DNA of 64,000 nucleotides. It comes from Thalia democratica. Lineage: Eukaryota. Every line of letters starts with the position of its first letter. Positions within the stretch are counted from its first letter, which is position 1. This document shows, piece by piece, positions 39,823-51,496 of the stretch. The notes below the pieces were generated by a model. It searched no databases. It saw only the letters and a program-made list of their open reading frames with translations, and was not told the origin of the DNA. The position numbers and the translations under genes were made by a program. The stretch covers positions 72,850,001 through 72,914,000 of the forward strand of contig OZ241829.1 of NCBI GenBank assembly GCA_965202585.1. Reading direction: 5' to 3'.

Positions 39823-41353
39823 ATGATAAAACTTCGAATAAGTTTTGATGTTAGTTTGAGCAAAGTTGTTCTAGGTGTAGCTGGTATATCTGCTACATAT
39901 TGTGCATTTCAGTATTTAATTTCAACGAATAATAACCTTAAGGGCTCTTTAAAGATATATTTTGTACAAAATAAAACAGATTCTGAGAAAAACAAAAACA
40001 AATCATATCTAACTTCTGCTAAACCTACAAATGAGCCAAAAATGTGCAATAAGGCATCAGTTAGCAAGTATAAATCAAAATTAAACTGCGAAAAATTAAT
40101 CTTAAAAACTGATTTTAACTGTGAAAATTCAAACTCAAATTGTATTGCAGTAAATAGATATATAAATGAAGGTAGTCCAGAACAGTTGAAAGATAAAAAA
40201 TTAAAAGTAGTTAGTTTAGAAACTAGTGCATTTACTTCTAAAAATTTAGAAAAATCAAAAGAAACTAATGATGAAGACCAAAACAAAATGACGGCTAAAA
40301 CTATTAAACATCTCAATAAGAGAACTGATTTGAAATGTAATATGTCAAATTTGATGTCTAATTCAAACTGCGAAAAACCAATCTCAAATTGTGAACAAAA
40401 CAGTGAAAAGAAAATCTCAGAAATTTAATCCGAAAGAGTAAGTAATATGAATAAGGAAAGTGGTAAACAAATGACTTGAAAAAGTATGGAACCTTTTGAT
40501 AAACAGTTAGTAGCTATTACTAGTACTTCACATAAATATTTTCAAACCGATGCGAATTAAAATAGATCTGAGACTAAAAATCGAACTGAATTACAACTTA
40601 AAATTCTTCGTAAGGACTTAATGGAGCACAAAATATTATTGAAGCAGCTTTTTGAACTCATAAATAATGAAAAAAAAAGAGCTTGAGAACAATCTTGATC
40701 TATTGGAAAAAGGTACTTCAGTTGCTAAACTGTGTAGTAATATATGCAATCCACTTAAACTAGTCCATGAAAAATTTAATAATCAAAAGTCTAAGGAACT
40801 TTTGACACAAGTTTCTTTAAGTTTTTGTGATATAAAGCAATTAGTATGAAAAGAATCAGTACACCATTTAAAATATTTTTCCACTTTATCGGATTATAAG
40901 CATAAAAAAACCAAGGAATGTTTGACTGTATGAAAACTATATTGAAAAGCTACCTAACTCTGAAGATCCTTTTTTAGGTGAAACCGGGTTAGTAAAGTTG
41001 CAATTTTTGTCAATAAATTATTAATTATTGAAAAACTATGGGGATTTAGTTGAGATTGTTTTGTGATCATTTAAGTTTATGCTGGAATACATTAGTATAG
41101 ATGCGTCTAAAGCAAGCTTGTATTTTAAAAAACTCAATGATTTAAAAGCTTGTCAATCGAAACGTTTGAAATGTTTTGTAACTATAAAAGTTCAAGCCAG
41201 TATCCTTTTGTGAAAGACGTTGTTGAAAAAATAGAAATTGTTTTGCAAGGTTGATAAGTGAACTTAATTGCATTTCCGAAAGTTATTATTAAAGTTACTT
41301 TAGTTGCAGATGAATATGAAAAGTGTGTTGAAAATGAAGAAGTTATTGATTAG
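39823..41353 (+). pseudogene. Family copy 6, decayed (open for 201 aa, then many stops and frameshifts)
   Basis: N-terminus conserved; C-domain remnants continue to TAG 41351-41353. Upstream acceptor is mutated to ttacAA|GTGAGT. Contains a 77-bp insertion. Confidence 0.85.
40949..41025 (+). mobile_element. 77-bp insertion with 9-bp TSD carrying a degenerate minimal hammerhead motif
   Basis: TSD tattgaaaa at 40940-40948 and 41026-41034 interrupts the region homologous to QNVLEKCGGLVEI. CTGAAGA 40960-40966, cct/agg stem, GAAACCGG 40980-40987, ctaac/gttag stem I. Confidence 0.55.
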
Positions 41354-44300
41354 AAAATGTTATAATGGATTTTATTTTTGAATTTGTTTTTTTTTTTTTT
41401 TTGATTTGTTTTAGTTTATGTTAACAGTATTTTCATTATAATAACGTGAATCTTTAGTTTAAGTATGAACAATAAAAGTTGAGTGTTATGTTATGTTGAC
41501 ATTTTGCTGATTTTTTTTGATAAAAACAGTAAGAAAAACTGAGTCGTAAAATTTTATTGAAAGTTTAAATGAATTAAACTTTTAGTTGAACAGAAATGTG
41601 ATTTTTTTTTTAAATTGAATTTTATTCTAAAACCACAACAATTTTAGATTTTATTACTAATGTAAACAGATTTAATATTCAACATAAAAATCCCGACAAG
41701 TTATTAAAAAGTAGTTTTCGAACAGAAAATCATCTCAAAATAAGTCAAATTTATAAATTTTGCAAATTTATAACTTCTAAAGTTTTGCAAAGTGATTAAT
41801 TGAATAAATTAAAATGCATTTTTTCGAACAAAATTTAAATTGTAAACAACCTATGATTTTACCTATTCTATGAACTACTAGTATAATATTGGCTTGATTG
41901 TATTACTTTAATTAGTACACTTTTGTAGTATTAATTTAGTCTTCAGTTGGTTAACACATAAATCTAAATTATTAGCTACAACTTGTACTTTTTGTAGATC
42001 ATTTAAAATATTTTAGAACAATTTTTAGGTAGATCACCGATTTAACTATTAGTCTCAGCAAAGTAACAATAGATGGTTGTTTTTGTTATAAAATATTCAT
42101 ATTTAAATCCTAATGAAAACCAAGCAGTTTAGCTGACGCTTCAATTTAAATAAGATAAATTATTCAAATAATTTGCGTACTTAAGTAAACAACGTTATAA
42201 GCTCTTTACATTTTTTGTAGAAGTTGCACACCAAAAAACTTTACTAGGCTGATCGACACAAAAGAAAAATAAGTACTAATTTTATTCTTAAAAATGAGTT
42301 ATAATTCTTAAACTTGTAAACTTGTTTTTAAGGTAACTTAGCTAACTATTCTTTTTTTATTTCACCTCTGTTAACTTTTTATATTACAAAATAAAAGCAA
42401 ATGTTAATTTATTGTTAAAGTTTCAAAATTAACGTGTTTATAACTAAAAACTAATATATTATAAATAATAAATTCTTTTCCCATGCTAAAAAAAAATTTT
42501 AAAGAGAAACAACAATGAAAATAATTTGCACTTTTATTTTCTATAAAAAATTGAAATATGTTTTTTTGTGTTAAACAATTAACACAGCTCTACGGAGTTC
42601 TGTAAAAAATAATTATTGCAAATTAAAATGAAGATAAATACACGTTATTACTAATTATATGCCATAATTTATATTAAAAAAAACTAGAAGTAACCAACTT
42701 GGTTATTAGTAATACTATCAACGATCTTGTTTTGTCAGAATCTTTATAAGCAAGTTTTTTGCAATTTTTCTTAAGTATTGAAAAAGTAATGGATGTTTGC
42801 AAAGTAAATATATACTATGTATATACTTCAACTAAACGTAAACTTCCTGTGCATAATTAAAACATTTTATTTGATTATTCTTTATATCGATTATTATTAC
42901 AACTGATGTGTTCTTTTTAATTTATTGCAATAAGATAAAAATAATCATCTCTTAGTTATTGTAGTTTTTTATAACATTATTTTTCATTTAATGGTATCTA
43001 AATGCCACACTTGTTTTTATAAAAATTAACAATTTTATAATAGTTTTACAAATCATTTCTAATAAATTTAACTGTAACTTAATATTGATCTAATTAACAT
43101 AATAACGATAAAAATAAAGGTTTTAGTTGTAGGTAAAGGCAAGTTGCAACTAAATAAACAATTAAAATTATAATTTGAGCAGCTAGTTGAAAAAATCATT
43201 CCCATATTTTATTTCTTCAAAATTAAAAATTTTATTTCAAAAAAACAAAAAATATTATGTTTATAGAAATTTAACTTTTAGATTTTCATTTAAAATTTAA
43301 AACTATAATACTACTTCAAAGTAAAGTTACTAGCCTTTTTGTTTTAATTCAAACAGTCAATATATTTCCTTTTTCCAGTATTCGTTTAGTTAGATTAAAC
43401 AAGAAAAAAAAAACATTACAAAGTTATAAAAAACAAATTGCAGTGAGTTCTAACATCAGGGTATTAAAAACATTAAATACTGTATGTAGCACTGAACAAA
43501 TATAAGTTATAACTATAAGAGGGAGTGTAAAGTTAAAAACATCTACAAAACCTGATAAATAAGAAGTATTTATTTTGTAGCGTAATACTTACAAGTTTTC
43601 TAATTGGTACACATACTTGTGTTTCTTGCTAGATTCATTTAATAAAATTTGCTACTCAAAATATATTGTTTTTATATACTTATGTTTTGTAGTTTATAAT
43701 TTTGAGATTTCGGTGAGCAGTTTAACTTGTGCGTAATGATTGCTTGTTGGTATCAGTAATAACGTGCACTTTATAACTTAAAATTTTAAGGGCATAATGA
43801 TCAACTAACTTCTTTGACTATTCATATGAATGAAAAGCTAAACTTAATTTTATTTACTTAATTTTTCAATTTGACAAAAACATAAGTTTGAAAATTTAGA
43901 AATAATTAAGAAAAATTCAAAAATGTTTACTTTTTATAAGTTATTGTGTTTTAAAGACAAATCTACTTTATTTTTGTATATTTTGCAATAAAGCTTTTAT
44001 AAACTTATTTGTAGCTATTTTACAAGAATAAATTTTTGAATATTTTTTTTTATTGCTCTAATTCATTAAGTTTAATTTTTATCAGCAGCTTCAAAAAACT
44101 AATTTTCAGCTGTTTTTATATATATAGTTTTTATATATATAGTTTTTTTTTTTAAGTATTTAGATAAGGTTTTTAATCAAAAACTACAAAAATTTAATTT
44201 GTGGAAGCAAAACAATTTAAAAAATTTTATCATTTATTTTGCTTAAGAATTATAAAATTTAAGGTTTAAATAGAAACAAACTAATCTAAAATAATTTTAT

Positions 44301-44790
44301 GAACAGTAATAAGTCATGTGTAATATTATAACCTCTTGATTAATTCAAAAAATTTTAAGTTTTCAAATTTTAAGTAAATTAGATTTTAGCTATAATTTAT
44401 AAAAATTGCTTTAAAAACTACTGTTTTTTTTTGCACAATTTTGATAATGTACAATAGTTATATGTTTATAATTGTTTTTAATTCTAGCATTTTCATTGTT
44501 TCTAGAACGGTTATCAGTATTTAATGCCAAATCAAGTTTAATTGACATTTGTGATTGTTTTTCTATATTGCCTTTCAAACTATGCACATTAAGAATTTAT
44601 ACAAATAACTTAGAAAAATTTATCAAAAAGAAATAAAAATACTAGTACTTTTAGTAGTTATCTAGTTAATATATATTAAACATTATGTGTTCTTGGTAGA
44701 AATTTATCAATTTCAATGTTTGAGTACGTCATTTGAAATTTATCATTCAAATTTTAAATTACAGGTCAATAGTGTAGTAAAACTGGTAGA

Positions 44791-46155
44791 ATGATTAAAC
44801 TTAGAATAAGTTTTGATGTTAGTTTGAGAAAATTTATTCTGGGAATAGCTGGTATATCTGCTACTATTTGTGCATTTTAGTACTTTTCTTCTCAAAATAT
44901 TAAAATAAAAGGCTCTCTGAAGTACGATTTTGAAAAAAACGGAGAAGGTTCTAAGATAGACAAAAAAATGTCAAATTTAGTTTCTGCAAAATCGACAGTT
45001 GAGCCCAAACTCACCAAAGATAAAACCAAAAAACCTGAAAACGGCTTAGGTATATTTTCTAAAAGAAGTAAAGGCTACTTATCTTCTAGTAAACAAGTCT
45101 TCAGAAAGACAACAGATTGTAAGAGTGAATACAACTTAAACTGTGAAAGATCAGTCTTAAAATCTGATTTAAACTTTAAAGGACAAATCTTACAAAATAA
45201 ATCATACAAAGCGAATATTAATAAAGAAGGTCCGGGCCAATTAGCAGAAGAAAATATTAAAGTTCTTAATAAAGTTATTTTAGGATCTAACGAAAGTACT
45301 TTTAATGGAATATCGCAAGCAGTTGGAGAAAAAACTAAAATGGAAACTAAAAAGGATCCTCTAAATGAAGAAAGTTCGGACCGATTGAAAGATGATATTG
45401 TAAAATTTTTTGACAAGAAAGCTAGTTTAAAAGGTAATACAAATACTTCAAATGATGTTTTACAGGTTAAGAAGAAATCTAAAGTGGATATTAAAAAGGA
45501 GCCTAACAATAATAAAGTTAGAAAACTTCGTAATGATTTAAATCAGCAGCACAAATTATTTGTAGAGACCTTAAAACTAATAAATGATGAACTTAAAGAG
45601 CTGAAGAATGATCTTGGTCAGTTGGACGAAGTTTCTTCAATTAATTTGTTATATGATAAAATGTTGAACCGGAAAACGGAAATCTTTAAAAACTTATATA
45701 AACAAAAACGTAGTGAAAGTTTGAAAAAGTTTACCTCAAATATTTTCAGTATACAGCTTAAAGTTTGGAAAAAAGCCAGTAACCGTTCGATGCGTTATGG
45801 TAAATATACAATCGAAAGAAATAAAAACACTATTGATATGTTTGTAATTGTAGAGGCTATTTTATCAAATATTAAGGACTTATTTACGACAACTTTAAAA
45901 AGAGTTAGCTTTATGCTGAAGTATATGGACAAAAACAAAACAATTATTATCTATTATACACTAGAAAAGATTAAAAAGGATGATGATGAATGTCAAAAGA
46001 TGTGTTTAAATACATTGCGGGAATTTGCAAACCTAAATAGTTCTTTAAAAGAAGATGTCAATAAATTTTTAGAAAGTTTTTCAAATTTGTTTGAAAAGTT
46101 GTATTACATATGTGCTAATAGCTACAGAACTTTAGTTGAAGATCAAAAAAAGTAA
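44791..46155 (+). pseudogene. Family copy 7 (subtype B): one nonsense codon, otherwise intact 454-codon frame
   Basis: ATG 44791 follows ttacAG|GTCAAT. TAG at 44878-44880 where paralogs have CAG/CAA (Gln30). In-frame Met at 44968 opens the 395-aa ORF in the track. AATAAA at 46269. Confidence 0.85.
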
Positions 46156-47721
46156 CTATGTTTTACTGTTACGCTTTATGTTAGTTTGTTTTCATTTAAA
46201 CCGTTCAGTTTTGTTTGTTAATTGACTTTAGTTTTCGTGTAACATAAGTTAGTATTTTTGTATAAACTAATAAATCAATGCACAAAGGTCTGACTTTATA
46301 TAGTGTACAAAAAAAACTTTTTGATATATTATTTCTTAACTAAAAGTATTAATATTTTTAAATAAGAGATAAACTTGAATTTAAATTAAATATAAATTTG
46401 ATCTTTATCATCAAAAATACTGGAATAAAACTAGAATAAAATTTGTAATAGAATAGTTTGTGTTATATGCTTAAGTCTCTAAATGAAATAATTTAATATA
46501 ACTTATTAACTAATATTAAATTAATCATAATTTCCCGGTAATCAGTAAGAAGCGCTACTTCAAATAAACGTTTGGTATATTACGAAAATAAAATTAACAG
46601 TTTTTCTTATATCTATATTAAAAAATTCTGCAATTTAAAAAAAAAATAAGAAAATAAAATTTTATTTAATAATTTGATTTCAGTAATCCTAACTTAGATT
46701 GTTTGTACTTGTCTCGTCAAAACAAAAAGGAGTGAATGTTTAAATCAAGTAAAAACTATGTTTTGCTTTTAAAACTTTGAAATTATAAAATATTGAAAAC
46801 TATAGTAGAAATCTTTTATTATAAATAAGTTCAGCGGATAGAAAAAATATCTTCAGACTATCGACAGTGATTTACTCGGAAATAATAATCTTTTTATTTT
46901 TTTTGTAAAAATTTAAAAAAACATTCTACATTCTTAAAATCGGTGATTAAAATTTAGCTTTTTAGTTATTTTAATCTTAAAAATAGGGTAATTTTAAGAT
47001 TTGATTAACAACGTTTCAAAATATACTTTGTTCAGCATTTAATCTATATAACTTTATCAATTATGTTAAAATATTGACATAAACTGTTGTCTTATCCTTG
47101 TTATTTATTACTCACTAGTATCTAAAATCTTCATAATGTTCTTTTCATAATTTTAAAATTTATTAATTGAAATATTATCAATTACTAGTATTAGAAGTTG
47201 TTCAAAAATAATTCCACAATTAGTTTAAAGCACTGTATGGTTTATAAAGATTCAATACTCAGAAAGATTTTATACTTTGAAATATTTACATTTACAACAT
47301 TTTTATTTGTTTTTTAAGGTTTTAGAAAAAAATCGAAAGGGTGCCGATGTTGATACTCGTGTACTTTATAACTAAAATTTTTAATAAAAAATTATTATTG
47401 CAGTTTCATTGAACGGGTTTATATTGTTATTTGAGCGATAAACAAAAGCGCTCTAAAAAATTAAAGAAAAAAGTTTGGTATGAGGACCTGGTGTACAAAG
47501 GAACCTTATGGTTATTGAGTCGTACACCACATACTTGTAACATTTCTTACGAGCTATTAGAATTTATTTTTATCATTAAAATATTTAAAAATTTAGTAAT
47601 AGAAAAGTCAGTTAAACGAAATGAAGGTAAAAAAAGACTAAACGAAAATTAACTAAATTTTGTGTATAAAAACGTACTTAAAAAATTGTTTAGTAAGATA
47701 AGAACTAAAGAAATAGATATA

Positions 47722-48653
47722 CAGTAATCTCTCGCATCTTTACGTACTCATGACGTTACGCACTCTCGTTTAGTTACGCATTTTAAAACTCTAAAAAATT
47801 CAAACAATGAAAATTTTAGTTTTCTTCAATATTGCACAAATTAGTTTTATTGTATATTTTTAATGTAAAATATGTTTTTAAATACTAACTCACCTCTCTA
47901 TATCTTTATAATTTGTAAACTTATGTTCCTTAACTTATTGTTAAACATTTAATTATACCTCAGTATATCACAAATTTTGTTAGCAATAAGAGATTAAATT
48001 AAAATTCTGAAAGAAATATGACTGTGTAAAATAATGAAAGTATAATTTAAAAATGAGAGTTTGTAACACAAATAAATAATACAGTACTCTTGCCCTATAT
48101 AAAATAAACATCTAAAAAATAAACCTAATGAAACTTCCTAGCAAAAAGTAGCAGTGATACTTTATAAATATAGAGTTTGTACTTAACACAAATCTCGACT
48201 GTTTCTTTTTAGTAAACATATAAATAATTTTCACTTAACGTTTTTTTTTAGTTTAAGTTCTTCTTCGGTAACACTTCCCTTGCACAGCAATTTGTTAAGT
48301 AGTTAAGAATATAAATGTTAAGTATCAAATACGTCAGATATAATTAAAGATAAAGATAAAATCCACTTATTATCAAAATTATTAAAAAAATTTCTACAAG
48401 TATTAATATTTTTTTTAAAACTAAGTCCTTTTTTTCTATATGTATAGTTTTATTTTTTGTATTCATATTTATAAATTAAGTAAACAAATTGTTAAAAGTG
48501 AAAAAGTCCTCAGTCTGCTTTCAAGTAGAAGCAATACCAAAAAACAGCCATTATAGTGAATAAATTTGGTACCTCTCGTATCTTTACGATCTCTTGGATC
48601 TTTACGCACTTTTTTTGTTGACAGAATGTGCGTAAATAAGCGAGAGGTTACTG
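47722..48653. mobile_element. Tc1/mariner-superfamily (Tigger/pogo-like) MITE, 932 bp
   Basis: TIRs cagtaatctctcgc / gcgagaggttactg (13/14), flanked by TA at 47720-47721 and 48654-48655. Confidence 0.85.
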
Positions 48654-49229
48654 TAACTTGAAATCAATTTATAAAAGAAGATAAAAAATAATTAAAGCAA
48701 ATATTTGTTTACTTGAATGCAATGTTAAAAAACTTTTTAAAGAAAGCCAAAATGTATTACGCTTAAATATTTTTTCTTTTAATTTTATCAGTACTTTGCG
48801 TTTAAAGATTTAGTTTTATTTTATCGAATAATTTTTATGGAACAGTTTAAACAATTTTACTTTCCAATATATAAATAAACTATTGCGTAGTTTTTAATAA
48901 CTTTAAGATAGTGAATTTTACGATAACTCAACCTAAATTTTACAAATGAAAAAAAAATGATAAGTACTGTTAAATTTATATTTTTAATAAGGACATAAAC
49001 AATATTGATTTTAACAGCAACAAATTTCTTTTTTTTTGTATACTTTTTTATATATTGAATACTTGTCTGAGTTTAAAATGTTAACAAGTACTATTAACCC
49101 CTTATAAAAAAGTAAATAGACGAGTAGCAATGACCACTAATAACCTTGTTAATAACTGTATAATAAATAGTTTTTAAGTTCATACTGGAACTTTCCAAGA
49201 TGACTTTTATTTTTTCAACATAATGTTAG

Positions 49230-50400
49230 CTCAATCTATAACTTACTTCCTTGGTAAAATAGCGATTTATGACCTATTTTGCTGTTGAATCTGGGTAGGA
49301 AAAATTTGTTTTTGAGGACCTGGTATGATAATTATGGGTATTTCTTACAATTTTGTAGTAATTTTTAAAATTATCTGGTAACAAATTATTAGTAAACTTA
49401 ACATAAACAGACCTAATTTATATAGATACAAACTTTCAACATCTAATATTTTATTCTGAGTTTTTAATTCTTTTACACTATCACCATATTTCTTATAATG
49501 TATTTTGTAAAGTGTTCTGTTTATGGCACATTAATATCATTTATATTTCTTTAACTCTTTTATCTTTTTTTTCGTTTTAACAAGCCATATCTAACATTGC
49601 TCATACGTAAAGAATTAAAGATCAAGCACAATACTTGTTCATTTAAAAGTTTTAAGTTTTATATAATACACCCAATGTTTTTGTAACTTTGTTTTTATAT
49701 TTTCTATGTGTACTGACCATTTTAGTTTACTGTATATGATTATCCTAACATATTTATAGCTATTTGAGTTTGTTATAACTGTTTGACCTATTTTTACATT
49801 AGTATCTAAATTTTTCTAAAAAATATTTTTTCATTTTTCTAAAATCATGCTTCTAGTATTATTAAGATTTAGCTTAAGTTTTTTTCTCCTAAGCCAATGA
49901 TATAATCTGATATAGCTCTGTGTTATAATTTTTACTGTCATTTAGATATATGTTCTTTGTAAATGTTTTGTATATCATTGTATCATCTGCAAAGTTAAGG
50001 ACGTTAAGACTAGTATTATTCTGTAAGTCATTTATATGTTACAACGGTCATATTACTGAGCCTTGTGGTACCCAAACTTCATTTTTTTTCACATGTTGAC
50101 TCATAGCTAACGAATTGTTTTTTACATCTAGATATAAACTGATTATTAGCTGCATATTTCTTTTCACACCAAATCATTCCAGTTTCCTTAGTAAGATATT
50201 TCTATGTACACTATCAAATGCTTTACTTAAATCCAAAAGATTGCACAAACTGCATTTATTCATCGAAATTGGACAGAACCCCTTCAACGAACTCAAACAA
50301 AGCTAAAGTGGTTGAATGATTCTGTCTAAAGCCGACTCAGAATTTTTAAAATCTTTATTTAAAAAAAAAGTGTACAGGCAATCATAGATTACTTTTTCAA
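49230..50400 (-). mobile_element. CR1/L2-type non-LTR retrotransposon, decayed RT region
   Basis: Minus strand reads SGFRQNHSTTLALFEFVEGVL, LLDLSKAFDSVHRNILLRKLE, VPQGSV, INDL...FADDTMIY and HNYHTR, with stops. Confidence 0.9.
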
Positions 50401-51242
50401 TTATTTTGTTTAAATTAGAAGAAGTGAAATGGGTCTATAGTTTCCTACTTAAGTTTTTAATCCTGATTTAAAAAATGGTATTACTTTAAAAAATTTTAAA
50501 CTACTTGCATAAACATTTTCAGAGAATGTCCTCTATAACTATAGCTGTCATACTAAAAAAAAAGCAAAATTATTGTAAATCATCAGATATCTTAAGTTAT
50601 CCGTAAACACAACTTTCACATTTATTGTTTTTAATTCAAGTTAAAGAAATAAAGTAGTTACAAAAATAGTTTTCATTCATTTTATTTCATACTTCATAAA
50701 AAATGAAAAAAAAAGTATAGAAGTTTAAAATTTTCTATTTAATCACTATTAATTTTGTTTAATATTATAACTTTTCACTAATTAACTAACACTTAAATAC
50801 AGTGGTGCTAAAAGTAATTATTTTAAACAAATTATATAAATAAATTTAAAATATTTATGACAACACTTACAATGTAATATTTTAAACATTTAATTTAATG
50901 AAAAATTTTAAAACAGTTTTGTATAGTACAAAAGTTAGCTATCAAAAATATTTGTAATAATCTGAACAAAGTTTAATCATAAAAACCACTTATATTAATT
51001 TTATTTCAAAAAACTTTTATGACATTATGTTTTAAATAATTGTTTTTACTGTTTAGTTAATTTTTACAGTAAAAATCATTTTATCACCATAAAATTGTAC
51101 AAAAATAACAAAACAATTAGCAATTTAATGTTATTAAATTTTTCTAGTGTTCTTTTTTTAAAAGAGCGACAGTTTGTTTGTAAACTCGCTTCAGTACTTC
51201 GTACTTAAGCCCGCTTAGTTAGATCACAACAGCGGTTTCTCG

Positions 51243-51300
51243 CGACTATTCCTGCCTGATGAGTACTAATTAGGACGAAAGCGGTCGTAGGATTGACTCG
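51243..51300 (+). ncRNA. Minimal type I hammerhead ribozyme motif
   Basis: Stem I tcctgc 51250-51255 / gtagga 51287-51292; CTGATGA 51256-51262; stem II gtac-taatta-ggac (one A-G mismatch); GAAA 51277-51280; GTC triplet 51284-51286; helix III reduced to AGCGGT. Confidence 0.7.
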
Positions 51301-51496
51301 GATGCTGTTATTGTTGATCGTGCGGTGAAGTTCGTTGTTAATATTCAATGGCATAAAATATCTCAACTTGTTGATGATGGCTGAAATATATACTAGCTAA
51401 AACAAATTTATGAAATAAAAACAGAAAATTCTAATAGTTTTAAGTCACTTATAAAAAATTAAAAAATGATTTTTGCATAACTTTTAAATACTAAAC

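Noticed and set aside
19178-44880. Alternative genetic code (TAA/TAG read as Gln) explaining the in-frame stops
   Set aside because: Only the 44878 TAG aligns with Gln. The 19178 TAA aligns with Ser (TCA), copy 2 also has frameshifts, and intact copies end in TAA/TAG.
21459-50306. Plus-strand ORFs 21459..21647 and 50115..50306
   Set aside because: Antisense to decayed CR1/L2 reverse-transcriptase sequence.
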